From assembly GCA_030324005.1 (NCBI GenBank), contig JARDVH010000133.1, positions 24,579,375-24,643,374 of the forward strand: a stretch of DNA of 64,000 nt, in the 5' to 3' direction. A model generated the notes under the pieces. That model did no database searches. It was not told where the DNA came from and worked only from the letters and a program-made list of their open reading frames with translations. Of the stretch, positions 37,655-51,637 are shown piece by piece; the stretch's first letter is position 1, and every line of letters starts with the position of its first letter. This DNA comes from Negaprion brevirostris. Taxonomy: Eukaryota. The translations under genes and the position numbers were made by a program.

Positions 37655-39375
37655 CAGAGGCTCACTAATAGAAGACAGAAAGTTTGGTTAAGAGAGGCAT
37701 TCTCAGGATGGTAACCTGTAATTAGTGAAGTGCCACAGGAATCATTGCTGGGGCCACAATTATTGCTAATATTATTAATGACTTGGATGAGGGAAGTGAA
37801 TGTACTATTGCCAAGTTTGCATAGGTAGAAAATAGATGGAAAGGTAAGTGATGAAAATGATATAGATAGGTTACGTGACTGGTTAAAAACTTGACAGATG
37901 GAAAATAATGTAGGAAAATATGACGTTATGCATTTTGAAAGGAAAGTAAAGGAACTTAATATTAGTTAAATGGAGAAAGAATGCAGAAAACTGCAGCACT
38001 GAGGGTATTTGGGGTCCTCGTGCATTAACGACAAAAAGCTAGCATGCAAGTTCAGCAGGTAACTGGAAAGACAAATGGAATGTTAGCCTTTACTTCAAAG
38101 GGAATGGGTATAAAAATAGGGAAGTCTTGCTGAAACTATAGAAGGCACTAGTTAGGTGTCATCTGGAATGCTGTGAACATTGTTGGTCCCCTTATCTAAG
38201 GAAAGAAATATTGGCATTGGAGGCTGTCCAGAGAAGGTTCACTAGGTTGATTCCAGATAAAGAGGGATTTTTCTTATGAGGAGAGGTTACCCAGGTTGGG
38301 CCATACTCACTGGAGTTTAGAAGAATGAAAGGCTACCTTACTGAGACATTTTGGATTCTCAGGGGCTTGACAGGATTGATGCTGGGAGATGTTTCCCCTT
38401 GTGGTAGAGTCTAAGATAAGACTGCTTACTTATAGGTAACTCATTTAAGACAGAAATGAGGAAGAATTTATTCTTTCAGAGGGTAGTGAATCTGTGAAGT
38501 TCTTTACCACAGAAGGGTGTGGAGGCTGTGTATGTTTAAGGCAGAGATAGACTTTTAATCAGTAAGGGATCAAGGGTTAAGGGGATAAAGTGGGAAAGTG
38601 CATTTGAGGATTATCATATTAGATCACTCATGATGTCACAGAAAACTAGCATGCAGTACAGCAGATACTAAAAGGCGAAAGGAATGTTGGCATTTACAGC
38701 TAAAGGAATAAAATATAAAAGTGAGGAAGTAAGATTGCAACTATACAAGGCATTGGTGAGGCCACATCTGGAGTATTGTGCATAGTTTTGGTCCCCTTAT
38801 TTGAGGAAAGATGTAGGTATTTCAGAGGAGGTTCACTAGATTGATACCTGAGATGAGGAGTTTGTTGTATGAAGTGATATTGAACAGTTTAGGCCTATAC
38901 TCTCTGGAATTTAGAAGAATGAGGGGATATCAAATTGAGGTGTGCAAGATGATAAAAGCTATGGATAAAGTAGACGTGGAGCAGATGCTTCCTCTTGTGG
39001 GACATTCCGGGATGAGAGGTCATAGTATTAGGATAGGGGGTGCAAATTTAAAACAGAGTTGAGGAGAAACTACTTTTCCCAAATGGTTGTGAATCTGTGG
39101 AATTTGCTACCCCAAAATGTGGTGGATGCTGGGACAGTGAGTAAATTTAAGGAGGAGTTAGACAGATTTTTAATTGGTAATGGGTTGAAGGGTTATGGGG
39201 GGAAGGCAGAAAAATGGGAATGAGGAGCATATTAGCCATAATCGAATGGTGGAGCAAACTTGATGGGCCAAATGCCTTATTTTGCTCCTATATCTTATGA
39301 ACTCTTATGAACTTATGATCTCATTGAATGATGGAGAAGACTCGATGGGCTGAATGGCCCACTTCTGCTCCTCAA
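37655..39375 (+). mobile_element. CR1 3' portion with a second CR1 (about 38634-39313) nested in its 3' UTR
   Basis: Host RT motifs (gtgccacaggaatca..ctggggccaca). The host tail gatca..catga|tctcattgaatg is split by the insert. Confidence 0.88.
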
Positions 39376-39825
39376 AGTTCACACAGTAAGTTGAAAATCT
39401 GCTGGCAGAAATTTTTTCCCAATACGTTGCGGTGAAGCTGATTTTTGTTTGATCCTGCAGCTATTGCTTGTGGCTACTCATACCAAGAGACCCATTGTCA
39501 TGGTTTGTCTGTCTTCCGCCATCCTTACACATCCACTGTAGATTGTCTAGAACCACTCTGCGATGCCCATCATCCAACTACACTGAGGCTGATGCTACTT
39601 TCTGCTGCCCTCCACTTTGGAAGAGATCTCTGTAGTTTCCAGCTCTGAGCAAACAGTTTATCCAGTTATCAGCAATTGTGTAAGTTGTTGCTGACTCATT
39701 CAGGAGCTGTTCATTCTGAAACTGAGCAGTAGTGCCAGCAGAGGAATGTACGTGTGCCTGAGATTGACTAGGGAGCCCAAAGGCATTCAGGGCTCAATTC
39801 CATAAATATACAGCTATTTACAAAC

Positions 39826-40797
39826 AGCTAGATTAATGACTTGGATACAGGGATGGAAGGCTTTATAGTTAAATTTGCAAATGACACAAAACTAGGCAGG
39901 ACAGTAAGTGGCAATGAGGAAATATGAATCTTACAAATGGATATAGATAGGTTAGGAAGGTGGAGATGGAGTGGCAGATGGAGTTTAATGTGGGTAGGTG
40001 TGAGGTCATGCATTTTGGTCGGAAAAATAGGAAGACAACTTATTATCTAAATGGGGTCAGACTTCAGGGTGCTCTGGTGCTGAAGGATCTGGGTGTCCTC
40101 ATTCATGACTGACAGAAAACTAGCATGCAGGTACAGCAGATAATAAAGGAAGTAAAAGGAATGTTGACATTTACAGATAAAGAAGTAGAATATAAAGGTA
40201 AGACAGTATTGTTGCAACTATAGAAGGCATTGTGAGACAGCAATATTGTACTGTGCACAATATTTGCTCCCCTTATTTGAGGAAAGATGTAGTGGCATTG
40301 GAGGCAGATCAGAGGAGGTTCACTAGATTGATTCCAGAGATGAGGGATTTGTTGTATGAAAAGAGATCGAACAGTTTAGGCCTATACTCTTTGGAATTTA
40401 GAAGATTGAGGGGAGATCAAATTGAGGTATACATGATGATAAAAAGTATGGATAAAGTAGCCGTGGAGTGGATGCTTCCTCTCGTGGGACATTCTAGGAC
40501 GAGAGGTCATAGTCTTAAGATAAGGGATAGCAAATTTAAAACAGAATTGAGGAGAAATTATTTCTCTCAAAGGGTTGTGAATCTGTTGAATTCACTACCA
40601 CAAAGTGCGGTGGATGCTGGGACAGTGAGTAAATCTAAGGAAGAGTTAGACAAATTTTAAATTGGTAATGGGTTGACGGGCTATGGGGAGAAGGCAGGAA
40701 AATGGGAATGAGGAGCATATCAGCTAGAGCGAATGATGAAGTGGACTCAATGGACTGAATGGCCGAATCCTGCTCCTATATCTTATGAACTTATGAA
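39826..40797 (+). mobile_element. CR1 3' portion
   Basis: SPYLRKDVVALEADQRRFTRLIP..RTRGHSLK..FSQRVVNLLNSLP; (cttatgaa)n tail. Confidence 0.92.
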
Positions 40798-42599
40798 TTT
40801 ATATACACACTGAACCCTGAAACAAAAAAACACTGGGATTAGTCTTTGAGTTAAGTTTAGATGTAGATTTAGGATTTTTTTGAGACCTTTATTGAAGTGA
40901 AGAGTTCACTTCGGGGGTAGGAGATGATAACTTATACTTTAATAGGTTCACCCAGGGACAGATCTTAACTAGGGTGATTATATGGCGTGCGTTTATTTGC
41001 TAATATAAGCAACAGTCACAATGCATCAGCCACTACACGGTCAGCAACTACCAAATACGTCACTTTCAGTATTTACCCACGTGAAGTACACGCTCTAGCC
41101 AGAGTATTTGAATGCAGTGTGTACCAGGCCTGCAAAGGATTGCAATTTAATTTGCTTATTTTACATACTTGAAACTGCATGGTGTGATTTTTATTCCCCT
41201 AGAGTGGGCTATGCCTGGTCAAAATGTGCAAAAACACTCATTCTGTCAATAGAATATTGATGATTTATTAAAATAGTTTTTAACCATCAATAAAATGTAT
41301 GAAGTCTCGCGGTGTAAAGTGATGAACTCAGAATATATCTTTCAAGGCATTCATGACTCGCCTCAGAAAATTGATCAAAATTTTTTTGTTACATTAAAAA
41401 TGTATCACATGTATAAGTAGAACAGTGTGCTACAATGAAGCGAAATAGGACTTGAAAAAATGTTCCATTCAAGCATATGTGTGACTCTTACGCACGAATA
41501 CCTCTGCTGGCAAAGTGGGGAGTAGGGCAACTTTAAAATGCCTACACTGTACTCTTTCCTGCCAATATCTTTTATCCGAGAGACGAATGTGAAAGAATCG
41601 GTGAAGGTCCCTCCACGCATCTGCAAGTCCATTCAATGAAAACTGACATTGTGTCTGCCCCCCCTCCCCCTGTCAGTCCTGCTGCAGCTAGCTCTGCACT
41701 CAATCCCTGTCCAGGCAACCGGAACTTTGGATGGGGATACAGGACTGCTGTAAATTTACAACAAATAATTGAGAGTCAAACTTTGACCCTTCACCATCCT
41801 GTGAGCCCCCGAGAGGGCTGGAGTGAGTGTATGTGTGTGTGGGTGGCCCAGAATATAACACCGGCTACAGATAAAAGTCAGTGGCGCAACGGAAGGCAAT
41901 TTGCTGCTGAAATTTGTAGCCTTTCATGTTGCCGCAGTCGCATCAAAGTAGGACGAAGGGAACTGCACACAGCAGCAAGGAGCAGCATCTGGATGTCTCT
42001 TTATTTTCCGATGGTTTTACTGCGTGGGGAATTCTTAAAGAGGGAGAGATAATAAAGCAGACAACAAACTTAATCAAACTCGGGAAGTGGCTCTCCACCC
42101 TCGGGGGGTGGGGAGGGTGGAAGTTACCATCTGGTATTTCGGATCCTGAGAGCTGGACTCTCTCTGGTGACTGTCTCAGTCCTTGGTGTGTTAGTCAGAG
42201 GTGTGAGAAAGTGTAATAAAACCCAAATAGTGCGGGCGATTCAAACAGGGCATCTCAAATTATTAATCAAAACAGTGCCAGAGAATATCAGTGAAAGCTA
42301 TCGCCCTTCAAGTGTGGTGGGCAAGTGATACAAGATTCGCCAATAAGTGAATCCCTCCCCAAAAAAAGTTGTATCATTGTAATGTGAAGCGCGATTCTAT
42401 TTTCTATAATGTGGACTTTAACCTGGTGTGAGATTTTTTACTAACTGTATTTTCTACTCACAGTGGTTAAGTCAGACATCAGGAAATCGCATTTGACATG
42501 TATGTTACATAATGAATATATAAAATATAATAATGTCTCTATAACATGTCTTGCCTGCTGTGCGGTGTTGGTAAAGATGCTGTAATTTGCTCAAAGACT

Positions 42600-43330
<731 letters not shown>

Positions 43331-46296
43331 TGACTTTATTATGTTTAGGGAAATAAGCTTTGTCTGTGAGAGAGAGAGAGAAGACAAAACCCGCGCACAC
43401 ATATATAGAATGGAAATGGGAAATCATTCAGTCAGATATATGGGATTGTGGAGATCTCGCCTGGCCACCAGCTCTGCTCCAGCCTCCTCTGTTTTGTGTT
43501 TTGTGTGTATGTTCATTTTTGCCTCTTGGGGAACACAAGGTCGGCGTCTTTTTAACTATACTCCTGAGACGTTTATTAACTTTCTCTTCCTCCCATTTCT
43601 TGGTCCCTCACACTTAAATGGATTCAGTGCCAGGCTAGTAATGTTGGTCCAGACTTGAATCTCCCGACTAGAAATTCGCTTTAATCTTAAAACTTCTGCG
43701 GTGGATTAATTAGATAAGTTTTCTCTCTCCTTTCGTTAAAGCTGCTGTTACCAAACATTTTTTTGTGTGTGTGTGTGTGCGGCTGGGCTGTGGTGCCAAG
43801 GAGGAAACGGAGTGGAAATGATTTTTTTTCTCTTAAATGCAGCAATCACTTAGATTTAACCCCAAATTACCCCCCTCTGTCGGTGTTAGATCTTTTAGAG
43901 TGAATTTGAGATCTGGGCTGTTCCGGTTCCAGTGAGTGCAATTTCATGTCAGCCTGGCATTGCTGCTGCTGGTGTTTTGGAAATATCCGCGGAATGGGAT
44001 GGCGTGATTGTGTCTCGCTTCCTGATGTTTTGTAAACTAGCCTCTCGGAGACACGCCGGTATGATTGATGTCCTGTAACATGAGGAATGACAAGAACACT
44101 TCATAGGAATGAGAGAGGGTGGGGGAGGGATTTCCCCCCCCTCCCGGGGGCGGGGGGCCTGCTACCTGGACACCCACCACCAGCCCCCCCCTCCTCACAC
44201 AGGGGTTTTTATTTTTGGGTAGTCCTGAACGACTTTTCGGGAGTGAGCCGCTGGATGGAGATGTTGTGTGGCCTTTTGAATCTTTAATCTGAGGCTAGTT
44301 GTGGTCCCCCGGCTTGTTTTGTTGCTGCGATGTTTGATTGGGGATGTTCTGAGCTCTGAACTGAGCAGCAGTGTCGCCTTGGCCAGGCCAGATCTGATGG
44401 CGCCGCCCCTCGACTGAGGATAGAAGGTGACCTTGCCAGTCTGCTGCCCTCCCTGAAAGCGAGCCTGTAAGCTTCCCAACAACTCATTCATTTATCTGAG
44501 CTCATACATGTCTATCGAGAGACGTTGTTTAACCAGACAAGCGGGTGAACAGACACGATTGGTACGACCAGCATCCATTCGCACTATGAGTTTGAATCTG
44601 TGTTTGAGTTGTTGAAATCAGATAGGTTTCTCCCCTTCCTCCCTCTCCGTCTCTTCTGAATCTATGCAACTCAAATTCGGAAGTGAAGGATGGGGACATT
44701 TGAAAAGTGAGAATGACAACATTTGAATGTCTGTCTTTCAAACTGATTTCTCATTTGCAAGTAACTATTTTAGAATCTTGTCTTTCAGGAAGAGTATTTT
44801 TAGCTTTTTCTCACTTGTGTGGCAAGCAAAGTTTATCTTAGTTAAGTTTTGATTTTGGAGGTTTACTGTAGCAATATTTTGTGTTTTAAAGATTTGGAAG
44901 GAAGATAATATTTCTTATTGAGTGGTGGCAAGTGGACAATACCGCTGGTCTTTTAACTTTTAAATTACTGATCACTATTTTTCTGAAAACTGATCTTTTA
45001 TTAAGGCCAAATTGGCTAATTTATTCGTTATTTACTTGTAAGATTTTCATCCTTCCCGTCCTCTTTCCCAGCCTTTTCTGGGATATGCTTCAATTAGTTT
45101 TCGGTTAGCTTCTGAAACTGCCCGTGTACCAGCCTAAAGGTGAGTGAGGACCATTTGCAGCACCAGCAGTTGGGTCTGAGCCCATCTTCATTTAATGTCC
45201 AGACACACTCACTCACTCACCTTTTTAAGTGAAGCTATGTGATCCAGTTCTGCACTGGTGTTATCTTTAGCTACAGAGTTACTGTGAGGACATGAGATAT
45301 TGTAAGTAAAAAGAAATACATTGCCCAAAGTGTAACTATTGGTGGTTTTGACTGAGTTGATCAAGACCGTTTCATTCTCAAAGCACAATAGATTTTGTAC
45401 AGGAAATGTGGGCCAGGATTGAACTGCAGAAGTGCATCTGATCTGTTTATTTTTCTGAATTGCACAAAGAATTTTTAACATGAAGCAGGACAATAGCGGA
45501 CTCTGTCTCCCAGTCTTGAACACACATTGCCATCTGGTAATCACATTGAATAGCAGGGGGTTTCTTTGGCCCACAGTATCTTCCTTGTAAAGGTTTAAAA
45601 TAACTGTTGTAATTTGCTACTGGAGTATCGCTGTCAGTGACATGCAACACATTGATAAGCCATTCACTGTTCAAACTGATCTGTGCCATTTCTGATGGTA
45701 CTGTGATTTTTGTTTTAATGTTTGTAGCTTAGTGGAACAGAGAATATTTCACATAGTTTTTAATGAGCAGAGAAATATTATTTGACAAATTGCACAGTAT
45801 TAATTAAACAGGTCAAATTTATTCATTGATCAGTGAAGTCAGTGAACAATGAATGGAAATAGCTTTTTTTTTGTTCTCAACTTTCCTGTAACTCCCCTGA
45901 CTGGTGATTGATGGTTTACCACATAAATGATAACAAAGCCAGAGTATAGGTTGGGAACAGAGAAGGAAATAGCTTTGCCTGAAAAGATTGACGGAATCAA
46001 TTTGACAAGAAAAATTCTGACATTACTGAGACAGATCACCATCGTGTGGAGGAGAGAAGGTTAGTTTTCCTACCCTCCTCTCTCACCTCGATCTGCTAAT
46101 ATGTGTAAATGGGATTCATTTGAAAATGAAAACTTTAAAATCTATTGTTTATTGATTAACTTTGTTTGGGGAGAACTTTCAATTTCTGGAGGGAATATAC
46201 TTGTTAACAATTGGCCTGTTTCTGTGCCATATATCTTATGAAATGCTTTTTTAATATAAAATTTCTATTTTACACAAGGAGGGGAAAAGGACACAT

Positions 46297-46545
46297 GAGA
46301 ATCATAGAATCCCTACAGTGCAGAAGGAGGCCATTTGGCCCATCGGGTCTGCACTGGCTCTCTGACAAAACATTTTACCCAGGCCCTAACCCCATGATCC
46401 CACTTAATTACCCCACTAATCTCCCTAACCTATACATTGGGATACTAAGGGGCAATTTAGTGTAGTCAATTCATCTAATCTCCACATCTTTGGCATGCAG
46501 GAGGAAACCCATGCAGACACTGGGAGAATGTGCAAACTCTACACA
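46297..46545 (-). mobile_element. HE1-type V-SINE, 5'-truncated
   Basis: agaatcatagaatccctacagtgcagaagg tail and V core. Confidence 0.85.
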
Positions 46546-46599
46546 TCATGTAAGCCTCCCCACGCATCCCTGTTATACAAAAGGGTGGGTTGTTGCTCA

Positions 46600-47390
46600 G
46601 GAGGGAGTTTGAATCAATTGGAAGATACCAGAGATGATACATTGGTGGTGGTGTGCATTAGAAAATTTGTCCTTTAGTTTTGCAATCTCTGCTACTTAAT
46701 AAAGGTCCTGTTATAGTGCGAGATATCACAATGAGGAAGCCTTGAATCACAACTTTTATTTATTGAAGGAAAGATTAATCTATGTACAAATTAGCTCACT
46801 GCAGGCACCAGTCCAGTTCCACCAACTCCAAGTCTCTCACTCCAGGTTCCCTCCTACCAGAGCCCACCCCCTAACATCCAATGGGTGCTGGTTCACATGA
46901 TCTTCTTGATAGGCTCCAGAAGGGTTACATGACCTACGAACACCAGCCCCTTAAAGAGGCCAAGCTTCCACAAGTCCTGTGTGAAATGAGATTTAGTCAT
47001 TGCAGCTCAGTTCATGTGGACACAGAGTATGGTCCACAACTTACCATCTTTAGTCAGTACCAAAATGACAATCAGACAGGCCGCACAAATTGCATGGGAA
47101 ATGAATGTGTAATACCGGTGTGACAGAGGTGCTCTTTAAAACAAATGCAATCAAAACCTTGCAAAGATTTCACACAACGACTTTGGAACTTCAGAAACTG
47201 TTCAGTTCTGATTAAGGCACACATTTAAGACAGAATAGAGGGAACTTTATTCTGCATCAGAAAGTGCTGTAGCTGACTTGAGAGCACTTAATGCTATCAC
47301 TGGGTCTCTGAAGTGGAAAGATGTGCCATTCATCAGCACTAAAGATCATTCCCTCCTTTGTCTAAAAATAACTTGCACAAAATAAAACAG
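46600..47390 (+). mobile_element. Ancient LF-SINE-like element, split by a solo LTR
   Basis: gtcc|tgtgtgaaatgag..cagctcagttc..gtggaca..gtccaca..aggcaca..gagggaacttt..tgctgtagctg follows the recalled LF-SINE motif order. Confidence 0.5.
46709..46972 (-). mobile_element. Solo LTR (264 bp)
   Basis: TG...CA ends, GGTCC/AGTCC 5-bp TSD (one mismatch), AATAAA on the minus strand near 46755-46764. Confidence 0.75.
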
Positions 47391-47404
47391 CCAGTGCATT
47401 TGTT

Positions 47405-48370
47405 ATAAAAACAGAAAATTGTTCGGGCAGCATCTGCAAAGAGAGGAAAAGAGTTGATGTTCAAGTTGATGACCTTTTAGGAAGAGGTAGAGGTGTAATA
47501 GGGTTTAAGCAAATGAACGTGTGTGTGGAAGGGGATGGAGTGGAAGACAAGAGATTAAAAGACAAAGAGTTGTTCGTTCAGGGTCAAAGGAAATGAACAA
47601 AATGTATACAGAGGACATGTGAATGGTACAATCCTGAACAGCAAAGGTTTTATTTTAAACGAGGACAACGCCAAGACCAAGGAAACAAAATGCAGAGTTC
47701 ATGATCTAAAATCGTTAAACTCAGTGTTGTGGTTGTTGAAAGATGAGGTGCTGTTCAGTGAGTCAGTGTTGAACTTCATTGGAACATTATAGGAGGCTTG
47801 AGTTTTAAGAAATCAAAATGGAAGCAAGTTGGAGAATGAAAGTTACAGATGACTAGAAACTCAGAATCACATTCATGGGTTGAGAGGAGGTGTTTCGCAA
47901 AGTGGTCATCCAGTTTGCATTTGGGTCTCCTCAGTGTGGAGGAGATCACATTATAAGCAGCGAACGCAGTACCCTCTAAATTGAAAAAAAGTGCAAGTAA
48001 ATTGTTGCTTCACCTTGAAGGAGTGTTCAGGACCTTGGATTGTGAGAAGGGAGGAGGTAAAAGGCCACCTTTTCCTTTGTTTGAATGGAGAGGGGCAAGG
48101 TATCAGGGGTCACTGAGGACTGGATCAGGCATCAAGGAGGCAATAGCCTCTATTGAATGCTGAGAAAGAAAGGTGTGTTTAATAGTGATATAACGCTGTA
48201 GGGTGGTGAAAATCTGTTGAATGCAGCTGGTGGGTGAAAGATGAGAAGGGGAACCCAGTTGTAGTTGGGAGTGGGAAGGGAAGGGCAGGAAATGGAATGG
48301 CTACAGCTGCAGGCCCTGCCAACCATATTTGGACGGAATCCTCAGTTGAGGTAAAAGCAAGGCTTAGTGG
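47405..48370 (-). mobile_element. Penelope-like element 3' part with a decayed GIY-YIG endonuclease
   Basis: The minus strand at about 47880-48020 reads, with frameshifts, FKVKQQFTC..YCVRC..CDLLHTEET..LDDHFAKH, matching the Penelope YCIxC..C.L.YIGET..L..RF.EH pattern. Confidence 0.75.
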
Positions 48371-48734
48371 AAGAGGTTTAAAGTTGAAGTCAATGTTTTT
48401 CTGTTTAATCTGTATAATGAAAGGACAATTTCAAAAGAAGATTTTAACTTTTATGTTATTTATATGCATAATGGAATGAGGGGTAATAATGTCTATTAGA
48501 TGATTATATAGATCAAACAAATTGTAAGCTTGCTGCAGTGTGTATTTAACAGCTATTTTTTGTGCATGTAGGTTTGTTAAGTTTTTTTGGGGGAATGTCA
48601 AGTAATTTGCAAAACAGGTTTGGAGTTGGCGCACTGATCTGCAGTGGTGGAAGACCAAGTCATTGTTTGTGTCTCTGTGTGTCATGGTTTTGTAGTCTTT
48701 ACACGGTTGGGAAGTAAATAAGTAGCAAGAGAAT

Positions 48735-49105
48735 GAACTTGAATTTATATAGTTCTCAAAGACATCCCAAGGGGCTTTATGGATGGTGAGGTATTTCTGA
48801 AATGCTGTAGCACTGTAATAATGTAAGAAGTGTAAATCTCACCAACAGCAATGAAAACAACCAACACCTGAAAAAGATCTGATTGGTTCTTGTAAATGTT
48901 TTCTCTCAAACAATGGACAGATCACTCTTGCTTTTTAAATAGTGTAATGAGATCTTCTACACCTATCTGAGAGGGCAGGTGGTACCTCACCCTAGAGACA
49001 GCACCTTCTCAGTATTGCAGTGTAGTGTCAGCCTGGAACATGTGCTCGAGTGTCTGCCGTGGTGTTCAAACCCACAACTTCTGACTTCTGAACCGTGCTG
49101 ACACC
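48735..49105 (-). mobile_element. Deu-domain SINE (SacSINE1/AmnSINE1-like)
   Basis: aaatagtg..atgagatcttctacacctatctgagagggcag..gacagcacct..ctcagtattgcagtgtagtgtcagcctgga..gtgctc..aacccacaacttctgac, plus an L2-like tail. Confidence 0.7.
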
Positions 49106-49432
49106 TGGAAGGTTGTCTGTGGATTAGAGGACTTGAATATTTTTTCTACTTGAATGTGTAGTTTTTTTCATCACCTACCTCTTCTGTAGCAGCTGAATCC
49201 TTCCTGGAATAACATGGAGAAACCCAAGCAGTTCTTGTTTAACTTTATCATTGAATGTTAACGAGAGGAAAAGAGGAACGGCAGCTCAGTGTTGTCATCA
49301 CCCAGTGGCCACACATATCCCTCTGGTGGGGCCACTAGACAACAAACAGGAGCAGGAATCCACCCAATGTATTTCCATTTTTCCCCAGCCTCCTTTCTTA
49401 ACCTAGGCCAACTTTATCATCTCAAATACTGA

Positions 49433-49620
49433 AGTCCAAAAATGTGCGGGTTAGGTTGATTGGTCATGCTAAATTGCTACTTAGTGTTAGGAGGATGTCA
49501 GGGAGATTAGTAGGATAAATATGTGGGGTTATAGGGATAGGGCCTGGGTTGCATTCTTGTTAGTGCAGGCTTGGTGGGCCGAATAGCTTCCTTCTGCACT
49601 GTGGGTATTCTATAGTTCTA
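49433..49620 (+). mobile_element. HE1 3' half inserted in an older SINE-like repeat
   Basis: V core plus tail. Confidence 0.8.
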
Positions 49621-51637
49621 ATACCTCCCTAGCTGAGATCAGCTAATAGCACAGGTTAGAATCAGTCTTGTGGCTTTGTCTCAGTTTGAGCTGCTCACCA
49701 GATTAGCTCACTTGTGTCTTGATCTTTGAGTTCATTTTAAAATTCTAACTCTGGGTCCTATGTCTTGAGGCCAAAACACGGATCTAATGTGAATTTACTT
49801 TGTAGTATATGAGTGGTGGGATTTCTAAAATATGACTGAGTAATATTCTGATAGATGGATGCACAAATGGGTGACTGAACGAGACACACAGAAGCACAGT
49901 ATTGCCTGGTTGTGGCTTAAGGGTTAATTCACCAGCTACTTTGAAGGAAGTATTGTGATATCTTTGTTGTGTGATCTTTTCTATCACCCTAGAATATGGT
50001 AACTTTATGATGACAGGGAAAGGAGGAAAGCACTTCAGGTGCAAATAACTAGAATTTATTCCAAGAATATCTGAAACACAGTCTTTATTTTTCTTTGTGT
50101 GAAATGTTCCCATGCGGGCACGGGCCAGATCGAGAATCGGCTTGTGTTTAAATTCTAAATATCACTTCCTCGCATTAGATGCACCAGGCAGCCAGCGAAA
50201 GCTGTGCTCATCTCGTGAGAAATCTGGACTGCATAACTCACAACTAGAATTAAAAACCAAACTGCATTGCTGTGATTTATTTAAAAACTTTTTCTGTTTT
50301 CTCTGATGTGCTGAAAGACCATGTAATAAAAACTAACACTTCTCCCTTCAGTTGTTGGTTAGTTTATGACTGTTTTGGCAATGTTGAGATTATGAAGATG
50401 AATGAGCTGATTGCTGGAAGGGATAAATTCTCGCCTTTTATCCAAGCTCTGCCTCAGCCCTTCAGAAGTGCAGTATGATTTGGAATACAATTAGCTCCCT
50501 TACTTATATCAATGGGACTTTTCTCCATCCCACCCCCTCCCCCCACCTTTTATGGTATTTTGGTGGTTTTCTGTTTCCCCAACTTTCCATCTATCAGTAA
50601 GACTGCTGGCTCACTCTCTGTTTTGGGATAATTCTGTGTTGTGGATTTCTATCCCTTAACAATTGAACTGAGACTAATCCAGCACGTTTCATTTAAGACC
50701 CTTTTGCCTAAGAAAGGAAACCTCTGGATCATTCACTTAATCCAGTGTTAACCGATAGAAATTGCTGACTTGTCACGGCAGTGGCTGTGGTGACATGTAA
50801 TAATTTTAGTGGACCATGTCTTGCATATGCATTCTCGCAATCCAGGTAAGAATGCTTCATGTGTAAGTATAATTAGCGGTTCTTGCCTTATAATAGCCAA
50901 AGAAATAAAAGATTCATTGTTCAGTATTACATTTTTAGTTGTCAACTGTCTGCCTATTTGCATAAATGATCTTGAGTGTATTGTCAATTGCATATTTTAA
51001 TGGTCTTTGGTTCAGTTTCAGTATCCACATCAGTTATGTGAATCAAGTGAAAGAGATTTGGACAGTGATTGTGGGCAGTGCCACATCACTCCTTCCCGTT
51101 GTACTGGATTACACTTCAAAATGGTGCAGCTCCATAATGACCCAGTGCTATACCCTCCCCTACATGTTTATTTTAGCAAGTGTGAGGACACATTTCTTCT
51201 GGGCAGGCCAGACTTTCAAGCTCTGATCTGCTCACTGAGACACTATGGGAATTTGCAAGCTCTGGAGACAGTGTTATAGATTGAGTTATCAGATTATTTT
51301 TTCCAGCCTCAAAAAGTGGCAAATGAAAGGAGACCTTCCAACTATGTCAATATAATGACAAGTGGATGAGAGAGTGTTCTGCCAGAAAGCAAATTGAGAT
51401 CGGATGCTAAGAAACATATCTTTGTGTTGATCTGGTTTCTGAGCCATAGTACCAAAGGCAGAAATAATTTGAGATAATGGGATGCTATGATTCGGAGTTT
51501 GGAGGGGTTTGACCAAATAGCTTTCTATAATTGTACTAATCCTGTGTCCATGTGGAACCTGTCAAGAAACCCTGGAAGTCTAAATAATTTCATAACAAAT
51601 TACACTTTTATCTTTTAAGTCCCTCAAAATTAGAGCT

